A stretch of DNA of 50,912 nt from Sulfolobales archaeon (GCA_038867615.1 JAWBYA010000008.1:1-50912), one strand, 5' to 3'. Positions 18,995 to 29,251 are shown, counted from the first letter of the stretch. The notes: a model not told the origin generated them from the letters alone. Numbers and translations are program-made.

Positions 18995-19972
18995 ATGGGG
19001 CTCAGTAGATATTTTGTTAGAAGAGCTCTTTTTGCGTTTCCCCTCATTATTGTTATTATAACAATAAATTTCATGCTTGTTCACCTAGCTCCAGGAGATC
19101 CTATAGCCTATATAGTGGGTACGGAATATGCGTCGCCTGAATATATAGAGAGACTGAGGGCTGAATACGGACTCAACAGGCCTCTGTGGGAGCAATACTG
19201 GATCTATATGGCCAAAGTTCTATCCTTTGACCTTGGGTACTCGTACAGATATAGAGAGCCTGTTATCAATGTGATTATCGAGAGGTTACCAGCTACATTG
19301 ATTCTAATGTTAACAGCAATAACATGGGCAACCCTGGCTGGCATAGCGATCGGCGTTAGAGCTGCTCTCAGCTCAGGTGGGGGTATGGATAGGTTGGCAA
19401 CGACTTTAGCTACTGTGAGTGTCTCGATCCCGACCTTCTGGTTAGGCCTCCTCCTAATAATATTTCTAGGAGGATCGTTGAAAATATTTCCAACACAGGG
19501 TATGGTGTCCCCAAGCAATATAGGTTATAAAGAGCTGAGTCAGGAGCTTGTGCTGGATATCATGTGGCATTTAGTGTTGCCAAGTATAACTCTTGGTACA
19601 GCGTATTTGGGGATCTACATAAGGACTGTAAGATCCCTCTTGGTCGACGAACTTGGTAAGGATTACGTGTTATTAGCCATTGCTAAGGGTCTCAGAAACT
19701 CTTACATAGTATGGAGATACGCATTCAGAGCAGCAAGCCCATCGATAATGGCCATTATAGGGCTTAATATAGGTACAATGCTTGCAGGAGCAACATTAAC
19801 AGAGACAGTGTTTGCCTGGCCTGGGATGGGCAGGCTCATCTACGAGTCTGCAATAGCGAGAGACTACCCGGTTATCCTAGGGATTTTCATCTTTGTCTCA
19901 GTCTCTGTGATCGTTGCAAACCTTGTGGTTGATATGATCAACGCCATACTAGACCCTAGGATCAGATATTAG
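18995..19972 (+). CDS. oppB: Peptide ABC transporter permease
   Basis: APGDP, DLGYS, ETVFAWPGMGRL, LDPRIR. Confidence 0.9.
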   Translation: MGLSRYFVRRALFAFPLIIVIITINFMLVHLAPGDPIAYIVGTEYASPEYIERLRAEYGLNRPLWEQYWIYMAKVLSFDLGYSYRYREPVINVIIERLPATLILMLTAITWATLAGIAIGVRAALSSGGGMDRLATTLATVSVSIPTFWLGLLLIIFLGGSLKIFPTQGMVSPSNIGYKELSQELVLDIMWHLVLPSITLGTAYLGIYIRTVRSLLVDELGKDYVLLAIAKGLRNSYIVWRYAFRAASPSIMAIIGLNIGTMLAGATLTETVFAWPGMGRLIYESAIARDYPVILGIFIFVSVSVIVANLVVDMINAILDPRIRY

Positions 19973-19982
19973 GGGTGATCCT

Positions 19983-20882
19983 ATGGGGCGTGCAGGTGTA
20001 GGGATCCTATGGGTATTACGGCTAATTTCAGAGCCATTATCATATGTAGCAAAAACCCCCTTAGGCGCTATTTCGCTTTTGTTCTTCTCTATGGTGATTC
20101 TGATGGCTGTGTTTCCTTCACATATATCTCCTTACGATCCTTACAAGATAGATGCTGACAACGTATTTAAACCTCCATCCATGGCACACCTATTCGGTAC
20201 TGATGACCTCGGTAGGGATGTGATGAGCCAGGTGATCCATGGGGCGAGGACGTCGATGATTATAGCTGCTATGGCTGTCCTCGTCTCAACGATCCTCGGG
20301 ACGTTCCTTGGCTTAATAGCGGGTTATTATGGGGGTAGGACTGATATAGCTGTTAGCATGGCAATAGATGCTAAGCTCTCAATACCAACATTCTTCCTGG
20401 TACTTGTGGTAATAGCTATATTTGGTGGAACCATAACCAACATGATCCTAGTTATAGGTATAACAATCTGGCCACCCATAGCTAGAGTGGTGAGAGCGGC
20501 TGTACATAGTATAAGAAGCCATGATTTCGTAGAAGCAGCTAGAGCCTTAGGAGCCAGTAGCTCGTGGATCATATCGAGGCATATATTACCACAGGTGGTG
20601 GGTGTGATAGTTTCAATAGGCATCTTGCAGATGGGGTCAGCAGTGATTATAGAAGCAGGTCTCAGCTTCCTAGGACTCGGGGATCCTACTGTTATAAGCT
20701 GGGGTAGGATGCTGAGTATAGCACAGACATATATCGAAAAGGCCTGGTGGATGGGTCTCTTTCCAGGACTATTTCTATTCCTAACAATACTTTCACTTAA
20801 TATAATCGGTGACAGGTTATACGAATTCTACAATCCGAAGCTTAGAGAAAAGCTAACATATATCAAAGCAAGGTCTGGCTAA
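19983..20882 (+). CDS. oppC: Peptide ABC transporter permease
   Basis: HLFGTDDLGRD, FVEAARALGAS (EAA loop), LSFLGLG, SWGRML. Confidence 0.9.
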   Translation: MGRAGVGILWVLRLISEPLSYVAKTPLGAISLLFFSMVILMAVFPSHISPYDPYKIDADNVFKPPSMAHLFGTDDLGRDVMSQVIHGARTSMIIAAMAVLVSTILGTFLGLIAGYYGGRTDIAVSMAIDAKLSIPTFFLVLVVIAIFGGTITNMILVIGITIWPPIARVVRAAVHSIRSHDFVEAARALGASSSWIISRHILPQVVGVIVSIGILQMGSAVIIEAGLSFLGLGDPTVISWGRMLSIAQTYIEKAWWMGLFPGLFLFLTILSLNIIGDRLYEFYNPKLREKLTYIKARSG

Positions 20883-20921
20883 ACCGGTTATAAAGGATCA
20901 AGGATCTGTAGCCGTAATATA

Positions 20922-20996
20922 TGCCGCGGCCGGGATTTGAACCCGGGTCACGGGCTCGAAAGGCCCGCATACTTGTCCGGGCTATACTACCGCGGC
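20922..20996 (-). tRNA. tRNA-Glu(UUC), CCA not encoded
   Basis: GCCGCGG...CGGGC-CTTTCGA-GCCCG...GGTTCAAATCC...CCGCGGCA. Confidence 0.97.
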
Positions 20997-21046
20997 CCAT
21001 TTTTAGCATTTACATGGGGTCTTTTAGGTTTTTTGAGTATCTGCAT

Positions 21047-21868
21047 CTAGCTCTGTATTCCGGCTCTGTTCTGTTTTTCTTTTTTGATCTTATTATAGAT
21101 CCTGTATATTTCCTCCGGTGTCATTTGGAAAACCCTTGTGTCTGTCCTCTGGATCTCTACACCGGTGCAGTTCTCTATAGCCTTGTGGGCTAGTCTTTTT
21201 CTCTGGCTGAATATACACTTGATAAACTCTTCGAGCCCTTTCTCTACTTCCACCTTTGGTTCTTTCCTGCGGAGTATCAGTGTTTGAGAGAACACAGCGG
21301 GTTCTGGGTAGAAGCTCTGGGGCGCATATATGTTACCACTATCTATGTTGAAAGCTATGTTTAGCATAACCCCTATAGACCCGTAGCTCTTGGTTCCAGG
21401 GGGCGATTTTATCCTATCCACAACGTCTTTTTGCAAAACCAGCACAGCCCATTCCGCATTGCTCCTCGCTATTGTGCCTAGCAGTGGTCCTGTTATTGAG
21501 TAGGGTATGGTTCCCACCACTCCTGTGAAATTAATACTTTCAAGAACATCGAGAGCGTCTCCAAGGATCATTTCGACGTTATTTAATCCTTCAAGCATCT
21601 TCTTGGCAATGTTATAGATCCTCTCATCTATTTCTATGGTTATAATCCTGGAGCATAGTGTGGCTAGATACCTCGTGACGATGCCAAAACCTGTGCCAAT
21701 CTCGATCACAGGTTCTTCTGAGAGACATCCAAAGCTCTTAGCAAGTCTTCCCAGCTCCTCTATAAGCTTGGGATCTATTGTGAAGTGCTGGCCAAACCTC
21801 TTGCTGGGCTTTATACCTGCTTCTCTAATAAGATTTCTAGTGAGTTTTAGGAGGGATCCCTTATCCAT
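21047..21868 (-). CDS. rsmA: 16S rRNA dimethyladenosine transferase KsgA/Dim1 (start ATG 21868 or GTG 21892)
   Basis: KRFGQHF, IEIGTGFG, IEID, GTIPYSIT, FYPEPAV; conserved gene order. Confidence 0.92.
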   Translation of the reverse strand: MDKGSLLKLTRNLIREAGIKPSKRFGQHFTIDPKLIEELGRLAKSFGCLSEEPVIEIGTGFGIVTRYLATLCSRIITIEIDERIYNIAKKMLEGLNNVEMILGDALDVLESINFTGVVGTIPYSITGPLLGTIARSNAEWAVLVLQKDVVDRIKSPPGTKSYGSIGVMLNIAFNIDSGNIYAPQSFYPEPAVFSQTLILRRKEPKVEVEKGLEEFIKCIFSQRKRLAHKAIENCTGVEIQRTDTRVFQMTPEEIYRIYNKIKKEKQNRAGIQS

Positions 21869-21885
21869 GGGTACGTTATAAAGGA

Positions 21886-22554
21886 TCACCAAGGCTCCCT
21901 ATAGTTAGTCCTGGCGTATAGATAGTCAAGCATTTTGAAGAAGACAGCGTCTGGAGATCCTCTGGGGGGTTCTATGAAGAGATAGTACTTCTCACCCCCC
22001 ATAAATTCTAGAATCATTCTATCAACAAGAATCTTCACAGGATCCTGGAGCTTGGCTCTCTGTGAGATATCTTTGAAAGATTCGAATGGTTTTTTCTTCC
22101 TCTCGGATAATAATATCTCTAGGCTCTTTTTACCAATACCAGGGAGGAGTTCGAACATATGGAGCCTGATATTTATGGAGGATGCTATGTTAAAAAACTC
22201 TGTATATACAGCCTCCTTCTCGATAACTATATCCCTCAGGGCCTTGGTAAGATTATCCCTAGCAATGCCTGTTAGCTCTTGCCATAATAGTTTATCCCCA
22301 AACCGAGGCCCTGGAGCTCCTTTTGGGCCAGGTTCCACATAGATCCTCTCACCTATGCTTGGATGCTGCCCGGGGGTTGGGATCAGTTCGGCTAGTGTGA
22401 GGTATTTGGTTCCTATGACCTGTGCTATTGGGGAGTTTCTATGGTGGGGGTGCTTATCAAACGGGTTACCGTTGGGCATATAGTCAAGAACTATTACATA
22501 GATATCCCTGATCCTGGGGTATCTCGTCTCACGATCCCTAGCACCTCTATACAT
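21886..22554 (-). CDS. DUF655 putative nucleic-acid-binding protein
   Basis: VLDYMPNG, AQVIG, RLHMFELLPGIGKK HhH motif; lies between rpo4 and rsmA as usual. Confidence 0.88.
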   Translation of the reverse strand: MYRGARDRETRYPRIRDIYVIVLDYMPNGNPFDKHPHHRNSPIAQVIGTKYLTLAELIPTPGQHPSIGERIYVEPGPKGAPGPRFGDKLLWQELTGIARDNLTKALRDIVIEKEAVYTEFFNIASSINIRLHMFELLPGIGKKSLEILLSERKKKPFESFKDISQRAKLQDPVKILVDRMILEFMGGEKYYLFIEPPRGSPDAVFFKMLDYLYARTNYREPW

Positions 22555-22569
22555 AATATGCACCGCTTT

Positions 22570-22902
22570 CTAGCACTTACAATATTCCCTCAAGAGTCTT
22601 AGCACCGTCTCCAACTCCTCTTCTCCATAGCCTTTGCTCTCGAAATTCATTAGAGTGAGTAGTTCGTCTTTTCTCTTGGGACATATGTTTATTATCTGCA
22701 CGCGTGTTATTTCCCTCAAACCAATCTCTCCAAGCTTATTGAAAAGTTCGTTAACAGCCTCCTCATCGCACTTCGAGAAGATAGATGCGTGTTCCAAAAC
22801 CCTTCTCTGGAGATCCTGTAGCTTGGATCCCCTGGCCTCTGCTTCTAAGAGCATCTTCTTAACTATAGGTAGTGGGATCTCTTTTACTGATAAGATCTTC
22901 AA
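22570..22902 (-). CDS. rpo4: RNA polymerase subunit Rpo4 (F)
   Basis: LEHASIFSK, QIINICP; position downstream of rpl21e. Confidence 0.88.
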   Translation of the reverse strand: MKILSVKEIPLPIVKKMLLEAEARGSKLQDLQRRVLEHASIFSKCDEEAVNELFNKLGEIGLREITRVQIINICPKRKDELLTLMNFESKGYGEEELETVLRLLREYCKC

Positions 22903-22915
22903 GTATATCCCCCAT

Positions 22916-23320
22916 TCATGCGGAGAGGGCTTTAGCTATCAGACCCCTAACTTCTGAAATCCTGGTTTTAACACTATCTATAAGCTTCTTTGTCTCATTA
23001 ACAACTCTTTCCCATACTTCTGGTGTGGGTCTGAGATGCTCTGGCCTTATATACAGTATTTTCACTTTGCCTCCGAGGCTTACCTTAACCTCATATGCAT
23101 CGCCCCTCCTACCAATTATAACGCCTGTTTTTCCATGGTATCTCCTATGGGGCATCCCATTATGTATCGATGGGTTTATTACTATATGGACTCTATCTCC
23201 CGGCTTGTAGTCTATTAGAAGATAGCTGAGGCTGGGAACCTGTCCCCTCTCTCTGGGGCTTTTTCTGAGGAGTTTTCGTGTTCTATGCCTGTAACCCTTT
23301 GGAGCCTTTACCAGCCTCAC
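22916..23320 (-). CDS. rpl21e: 50S ribosomal protein L21e with C-terminal extension (start GTG 23320 or CTG 23314)
   Basis: KGYRHRTRKLLRK, GMPHRRYHGKTG, RPEHL. Confidence 0.95.
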   Translation of the reverse strand: MRLVKAPKGYRHRTRKLLRKSPRERGQVPSLSYLLIDYKPGDRVHIVINPSIHNGMPHRRYHGKTGVIIGRRGDAYEVKVSLGGKVKILYIRPEHLRPTPEVWERVVNETKKLIDSVKTRISEVRGLIAKALSA

Positions 23321-23384
23321 GCACCTAATGGAGTTTTAACTCTAAAGATTATAAGTGTGTTACCCTTTTGTAGCTATTCGCGGG

Positions 23385-24614
23385 TTATGAGCTCATGATC
23401 TCCTTGACAGCGTCTGCGATCCTTCTAACGCCTTCCCTTATATCATCTTCAGAAACCGAGTAGCTGAGCCTTATATAATCCCTACCAGCTGTGTCGGGGA
23501 AGCCGCTTCCTGGTATGGTAACCACATAGTATTTATCAAGCAGGAGGTCTACAAACTCTATATCGCTTAGCCCGCCTTTGGCAAGCACCGTAGATACTCT
23601 TGGGAATATGTAGAACGCACCGTGGGGTTTCCATACTTCGAACTCCTTGATCCTTGATAGCTCCTCATAGATTATATCCCTCCGCCTCCTAAAGATCTCG
23701 ACCATTCTTCTGACAGGCTCCCAGTCACCCTTGAAGGCATCCACAGCGGCTTCTTGGGCAAAGCTCGGAGCACAGCTATATATATTCACAGCAAGCTTGG
23801 ACAGCTTTCTGGCTATATCGCCCCTAACAACCAGGAATCCTATCCTCCACCCAGTCATTGAGAAGGTCTTGCTAACCCCGTTCACGTAAAGGACATAGTC
23901 CTTCCAGCCTGGCATGCTGGTCATGCTTCTAAACGGTGTCTCTCCATAGACAAAGTTATCATAGATCTCGTCGGCAAGTATCAATAACCCGTTCTCTTGA
24001 GCAATCCTATAGATCTCCTCGAGTGTTTTTGGCGGGAACACATAGCCCGTCGGGTTGTGGGGGTTATTGATCACGATCATCTTGGTTTTCTCTGTCACCA
24101 TAGAGGCGATGGAGTTGACATCGAGCTCAAACCCTCCAGAGGATCCCTTAAACCTGAGTGGAACATATTTAGGAACCCCTCCTAGGAATCTTGCTACCTC
24201 TCCATATGCGGGATAGCTTGGCTCAGGTATTATAACCTCGTCTCCAGGCGATATATATGACGCCATTGCGAGAAAGATAGCTGTCTTTGCGCCTGTGGTG
24301 ACTATAACTTCATCTTCCTTTACATCAGCACTGTATCTCTCGTTAAGATAATCGGCAAATGCTCTCCTAAGCCTCGGGATCCCCTGCGTCTCGGTATAGC
24401 CTGTGATCCTTTTGTCAAGGGCTTTCTTAGCACTCTCAACTATATGATCAAATGTAGGTATATCAGGCTGCCCGACCCCGAAGCTTATAACCCTATGCCC
24501 CCTTTCCCTAAGAGCCCTCGCCCTAGCTATGTATGCGAAACCAAGCTCGCCCTTAAGATCTTTTACTATGCTTTTTGCACCATCAATTGGGGAATTTCGC
24601 GTCAGGTGATACAC
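23385..24614 (-). CDS. PLP-dependent class I/II (aspartate) aminotransferase (start GTG 24614 or CTG 24605)
   Basis: GQPD, NNPHNPTG, DEIY, SKTFSMTGWRIG, YIRLSY. Confidence 0.92.
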   Translation of the reverse strand: MYHLTRNSPIDGAKSIVKDLKGELGFAYIARARALRERGHRVISFGVGQPDIPTFDHIVESAKKALDKRITGYTETQGIPRLRRAFADYLNERYSADVKEDEVIVTTGAKTAIFLAMASYISPGDEVIIPEPSYPAYGEVARFLGGVPKYVPLRFKGSSGGFELDVNSIASMVTEKTKMIVINNPHNPTGYVFPPKTLEEIYRIAQENGLLILADEIYDNFVYGETPFRSMTSMPGWKDYVLYVNGVSKTFSMTGWRIGFLVVRGDIARKLSKLAVNIYSCAPSFAQEAAVDAFKGDWEPVRRMVEIFRRRRDIIYEELSRIKEFEVWKPHGAFYIFPRVSTVLAKGGLSDIEFVDLLLDKYYVVTIPGSGFPDTAGRDYIRLSYSVSEDDIREGVRRIADAVKEIMSS

Positions 24615-25015
24615 CTCGATACTAAGGGATTACGGGCTTATATATCTTGCGGTATAGATATCTACGCAATCTAACTGATCGATAGGCTCGATATAGCTAT
24701 ATCTTAATTATTCTATAATTATTCTAAAGTAGGTTTCTACTAACCATTCATACCGAGGCATGTCATAGATACCGGTGTTCCGTCCAGGAACCTCTATCGT
24801 TAGTCCTTGGATATGGAGAATATTAATGGGTATCCATGGACAGGCGGTAAGTGGAAAGCTCGGCATATGTTGATAGGTATGGAAGACCGCCAAACCATCT
24901 ATAATTTTTCTCAGGATTTTCTCATTGGTATTCATATGATGTTAGATACTTTGATCTGGATGGTTTTATTATAGGAGGTTTTCGATAGAGAATATCCAGG
25001 AACGAATAATGTCTA

Positions 25016-25339
25016 CTATGGCTTTCCAGACAACCCTATGATGAGTAAAGGTAGTATGAATGCCATAGATGCATATACATTGGTTCTTATAATAAAGTCC
25101 GTATCACATCTACTATTGATAACATAGATAATAGAGAAGATATGGAGAGAGAGCGGGATCAATAATGCTAGAGGCGATGCCTTTGCCAGTGATATGTATA
25201 TCGGGGCATATATGGCTATTAAATAGACCAACATAAATCCCTCCACGCTAGAGAGCTTGTTTGCAATAACCCTTACAATGGCTCTATATGAAAGGGATAA
25301 TAACAGACTATATAGGAGTGCGAGAGTAGCCCCATCCAC
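25016..25339 (-). CDS. Small hypothetical membrane protein
   Basis: Four hydrophobic segments; GGGTGA SD before GTG. Confidence 0.6.
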   Translation of the reverse strand: MDGATLALLYSLLLSLSYRAIVRVIANKLSSVEGFMLVYLIAIYAPIYISLAKASPLALLIPLSLHIFSIIYVINSRCDTDFIIRTNVYASMAFILPLLIIGLSGKP

Positions 25340-25455
25340 GCGACTATCACCCTTTATCTAGATAATCAAATTACCTAATAGCATTGCCATAGATCTCTTG
25401 GCACTATACCGAGCATCAGTAATATCTCTCTAGAGTATTTCTCTTTGGTGGTAGT

Positions 25456-26013
25456 ATTAAAATCCTCATCACAGGTAGACCTGGTGTTGGTAAAACCACG
25501 CTTTTCTCAAGGGTGGTCTCGGAGTTAAGGAGATCCTATAGTACTGCTGGTTTCGTATGCCCAGAGGTGAGGGAATCGGGGACTAGGATCGGGTTTAAGG
25601 TTATAGATCTCATGAGCGGTTATGAGGGCTGGCTTGCCATGAGCATCGACAGGCTGGGTAGCTGTAGAGGTCCAAGGATTGGGAGATACTGTGTTCTTGA
25701 GGATGAGGTTGGGAGGGTTATGGCTAGAACAAGAGCATCTCTCCCCACGGCTAGCATCATAGCTATAGACGAGATAGGCCCTATGGAGCTTAATATCAAG
25801 AGCTCTAAGGAAATTATAGACCTGGCTATCTCTATGGATAAGCCCGGGATCTTTGTTGTTCACTATAGGCTTGCGGGTGAAATTACGTCGAAGCTCAAAA
25901 GTTCTGGTACTAACTATAAGCTCTACACGGTTGATCCTGTTAATAGGGATAGGCTTTACAGCGAGATCCTATCCCTAGCATTGAGGATCGTTGGTGGGTA
26001 TAAACAAATATAA
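25456..26013 (+). CDS. Nucleoside-triphosphatase THEP1 family; apparent ATT start
   Basis: IKILITGRPGVGKTT (Walker A) lies upstream of track start; RIGFKVIDL, IGRY, IDEIGPMEL. Confidence 0.88.
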   Translation: MKILITGRPGVGKTTLFSRVVSELRRSYSTAGFVCPEVRESGTRIGFKVIDLMSGYEGWLAMSIDRLGSCRGPRIGRYCVLEDEVGRVMARTRASLPTASIIAIDEIGPMELNIKSSKEIIDLAISMDKPGIFVVHYRLAGEITSKLKSSGTNYKLYTVDPVNRDRLYSEILSLALRIVGGYKQI

Positions 26014-26047
26014 GTCTCCTCCAACCTAATGCATATAGTGGGTAAAG

Positions 26048-26695
26048 TTGTCTGAGATCAAGGTCGTGGTCTCGGATCCGGGTGTAAAGAAACCTAGAAG
26101 GGTTAAGGTGATAGCTATAGCAGATCCAAGCCTAAGCTATGGCGAGGATGAGAAATCCCAAAAGACCCTTGTAAAGGTAAAGATCTCGCCTATTCTTAGG
26201 AAGATATTAGACCCACAGCTAGGTGTAGTGAGCATTAGGATTAAGAAACAAGATGGAGGCATAGTAAAACTCACAGCCCAGGCTGTTTCGGACGACACAG
26301 TGTCGGAGGGGATGATAAAGCTCCCAGAGGCATTTATGCGAGAGAAGCTCGGAAGCGATAAAGCTCTGGCTGAGGTCATGAGGGCTCCTAGCTTCCAGAT
26401 AACACTATCCCGTGAGAAGAGCTCAAAGCTACTTGGGCTGAAGATAGGTGATAAGTTCGACGGATCCCTCATAGGCCTCCCAGGCTATAGCTTACAGATA
26501 ACCGGGGGGAGCGATAAAGCCGGAGCACCGATGCTGCCAACAATCCAGGGGCCTGTTAAGAAGTACGTACTACTGAGTGGTCCTCCAGGCTTTCACCCAA
26601 CAGAGGATGGCATGAGAAGAAGAAAATTCGTAAGAGGTAACACTGTTAACGAAGATACCGTCCAGCTGAACACTGTTATCGTTGGAAAGACGTAG
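26048..26695 (+). CDS. rps6e: 30S ribosomal protein S6e (long crenarchaeal form)
   Basis: KVVVSDP, GLKIGD, ITGGSDKAG, PPGFHP, RRRKFVRGN, QLNTVIV. Confidence 0.93.
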   Translation: MSEIKVVVSDPGVKKPRRVKVIAIADPSLSYGEDEKSQKTLVKVKISPILRKILDPQLGVVSIRIKKQDGGIVKLTAQAVSDDTVSEGMIKLPEAFMREKLGSDKALAEVMRAPSFQITLSREKSSKLLGLKIGDKFDGSLIGLPGYSLQITGGSDKAGAPMLPTIQGPVKKYVLLSGPPGFHPTEDGMRRRKFVRGNTVNEDTVQLNTVIVGKT

Positions 26696-27198
26696 CAAAA
26701 AATACGGACTGAAAATAAACATGCTATCAGTTAGAGATAAATCTTTAGTTACGAGTTTCTCATATGTTTCGGAAACAATTCAAAGGAAAAATTAGGAGGG
26801 GATTTGATCCCTGCATCTGTTCATCTGGATCTATATTTCTCTAGCTACTTGTTAACAAGACTTAGATCGCAGCATATTTGTAGTGGTGGATATGATAGCT
26901 AAACTACACGTTATTGATGTTTACAATGGGCACGGCCTCTAGCTCTAGATGATACGACACACGTGTTTATGAAACCTATTCTATAGTATAGAGCTTCTCT
27001 AGATACGGTTATTCGATATATGTATCTTGGTGGTTCGCTATAGCTCATGATCGTTAGTGGCTCTATCTTCTCAGGACATAACCAAGGCTATTAAAACAAC
27101 ATAGCTGATATTACTTAAGAAAGGCCAGAAGCTTGGTGGGAAGAGTATGTTATGGCATGTTATAAGTCTTTGAACGCACACCATATTAGGTGCTATAG

Positions 27199-27519
27199 TT
27201 GGTTAAGAAGAAGCAGGAAGAGGCGCCGAAGGAGATACCGCTTCCGTCGGAAGGCCAGGTTATATGTGTTGTGACGGGGGCTATGGGGGCTGAGTGGATC
27301 AGGGTTCTATGTACGGATAGCGTTGAGAGGGTTGCAAGGATACCGGGTAAGTTTAGGAAGAGGGTTTGGATAGCTCCCGGGGATATTGTTCTCTGTGTTC
27401 CGTGGGATTTTAGGGCTGATAGGGCTGATGTTATATATAGGTATGAGAAGCATGAGAAAAAGTACTTGATAGATAAAGGTATAGTACCGAAAGAGCTTTT
27501 GGAGCTGGCTGGGACATAG
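27199..27519 (+). CDS. eif1a: Translation initiation factor aIF-1A
   Basis: RVARIPGKFRKRVWIAPGDIVLCVPWDF, ADVIYRY. Confidence 0.93.
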   Translation: MVKKKQEEAPKEIPLPSEGQVICVVTGAMGAEWIRVLCTDSVERVARIPGKFRKRVWIAPGDIVLCVPWDFRADRADVIYRYEKHEKKYLIDKGIVPKELLELAGT

Positions 27520-27529
27520 CTATTCTTAG

Positions 27530-28894
27530 CTATTCCTTCAAAGCCCTTTCAAAGGATTCGTAGAGAGAGTTGACTCTGTACATCCACTCGCCCAGCTTTT
27601 CAGGAGTATCTGGGTATTCTTCATATAGCTTTTTCATCTTATCCATATACTCGGCAGCAACTATGAGTTTTGCAAGCAGGCTCGGTCTCCCAAGCCCTGC
27701 TATGACTCTGCCGAGCTTGTCGAACACGCTCCTCTTGTTCTTTATAACACCTGTTATGCTTGTCTCGTATAGATCGCTCTCCTTCAAGATCCTTTTTCTA
27801 AGCCCATACTCTATATCGTCATCGCTGAGCTTTTGGAGAAAGATCCTGAATATATCTAGCGACGCCTGTTTAGCCCCATAGTAGTCTATATAGAGTTTGT
27901 TCATTGTCCAGAGACCCTTAGCGCTATAGTCACCGATCTCTGATGCTTTTGCTAATGCTATTGATGCGGCCTTGGCTGCAAGCATCCCTGATCCCTTACC
28001 ACCCCCATGCACCGGGTTTACGGTGTATGCGGCATCGCCTATAACCATTATGCCATTCCATACCATAGAGTATGGGGGTCTTCTTGTTGGTACTAGTGCA
28101 CCGCTTGTCTCCACGATCTTTGAGTTCTTGAACTCGGGTCTTGTTAGGATATATTTGTATAGATAGGTTCTCGGATGCTCATACCCCTTCCCGTTCTGTA
28201 CGCCGAGGCCAACGTTAACGGTTCTCGCTACACTCTTTGGGAAGTTCCACCAATAGCCTCCGGGGGCTATCTTTTGGTTCACATAGATCCTTATGTATTC
28301 TGGTTTATCTATCCACTCCTCAAGGATCCTTATCTCTCTATAGGCTATCTGTGTATCCTCAGGCTTTATGGGGTCGACGACGGGCCATTCTGGTGGTAGT
28401 CTCCTAACTATGCTTCTGGCAGATCCTGAAGCGTCTATAACAACATTAGATCTGAAGACGAGTTTCTCACCCATCCTAGTAGCTATAACGCCTCTTACAA
28501 AGCCGTTCTCTATTATCGGTGCTGAGGCGTTTGTCTCATCATAATACTCGGCACCATTATCAATGCTCTCTCTAATCAGCCTCTGTGTGAACTTAACCCT
28601 GTTTATCTCGTAACCCTCACCCTCTATGGTTAGGACGACCTCTTCCGAGGGGCTATAGAGTAGGATGCCCTTAACAAGACCGTCGAGCTCCTCACCGCTA
28701 GGGGGCTTTATTCCAACCTCTTCGAAGTGATGCTTACCTATGGCATCTCCGCAGGGTTTATCACCAGCCCTATAGTTGGGCTTGGCATCTATTAGGGCTA
28801 CTGAGAAGCCCATTCTACTTATAAGACTAGCCGCAGTTGCACCAGCAACTCCGGCTCCAACTATTACTACATCGTATTTCTTCTCAACACTCAT
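27530..28894 (-). CDS. Digeranylgeranylglycerophospholipid (geranylgeranyl) reductase
   Basis: VGAGVAG, KPCGD, PGGYWWNFPK, IGDAA..VNPVHGGG. Confidence 0.92.
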   Translation of the reverse strand: MSVEKKYDVVIVGAGVAGATAASLISRMGFSVALIDAKPNYRAGDKPCGDAIGKHHFEEVGIKPPSGEELDGLVKGILLYSPSEEVVLTIEGEGYEINRVKFTQRLIRESIDNGAEYYDETNASAPIIENGFVRGVIATRMGEKLVFRSNVVIDASGSARSIVRRLPPEWPVVDPIKPEDTQIAYREIRILEEWIDKPEYIRIYVNQKIAPGGYWWNFPKSVARTVNVGLGVQNGKGYEHPRTYLYKYILTRPEFKNSKIVETSGALVPTRRPPYSMVWNGIMVIGDAAYTVNPVHGGGKGSGMLAAKAASIALAKASEIGDYSAKGLWTMNKLYIDYYGAKQASLDIFRIFLQKLSDDDIEYGLRKRILKESDLYETSITGVIKNKRSVFDKLGRVIAGLGRPSLLAKLIVAAEYMDKMKKLYEEYPDTPEKLGEWMYRVNSLYESFERALKE

Positions 28895-29251
28895 TGCAAA
28901 CACCCGGATAACTGTTTGTATTTATAAATGTGTGGTCAACAAGCATGCTCAGCGCCAATCCGACCACATCATATGCTATGCACTTCAATCCTTATATTCT
29001 TAACTGAACTTTAGGCTTTTCGCACCGAGATTCCATGTAGTGTGATGGACATACGATTAGGAAGATTACCCAGAATATATGGCTGTTTTGTCATACCTCT
29101 GGGGTCGTCCTTTGTTTGTGGGCTTGTTAGGGGCTGTTTCATTAGCTATAACCGCGATATAACACATCATGCTTGTTTTATAACAAACATATGGATGAGA
29201 GTCTAAATATCCAGTCTCAGCAGTGATTCTATTTTTGTTATTGTTCCAAGG

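Noticed and set aside
13822-20921. Island integrated at tRNA-Glu
   Set aside because: No duplicated tRNA-Glu 3' end or integrase found by eye
20921-21193. 90-aa ORF MPRPGFEPG
   Set aside because: Antisense reading of tRNA-Glu and the rsmA end
24708-24935. 75-aa minus-strand ORF in spacer
   Set aside because: No SD, atypical composition, no motif; cannot be supported
26048-26695. S6e internal insertion as a novelty
   Set aside because: The ~215-aa form is known in crenarchaea
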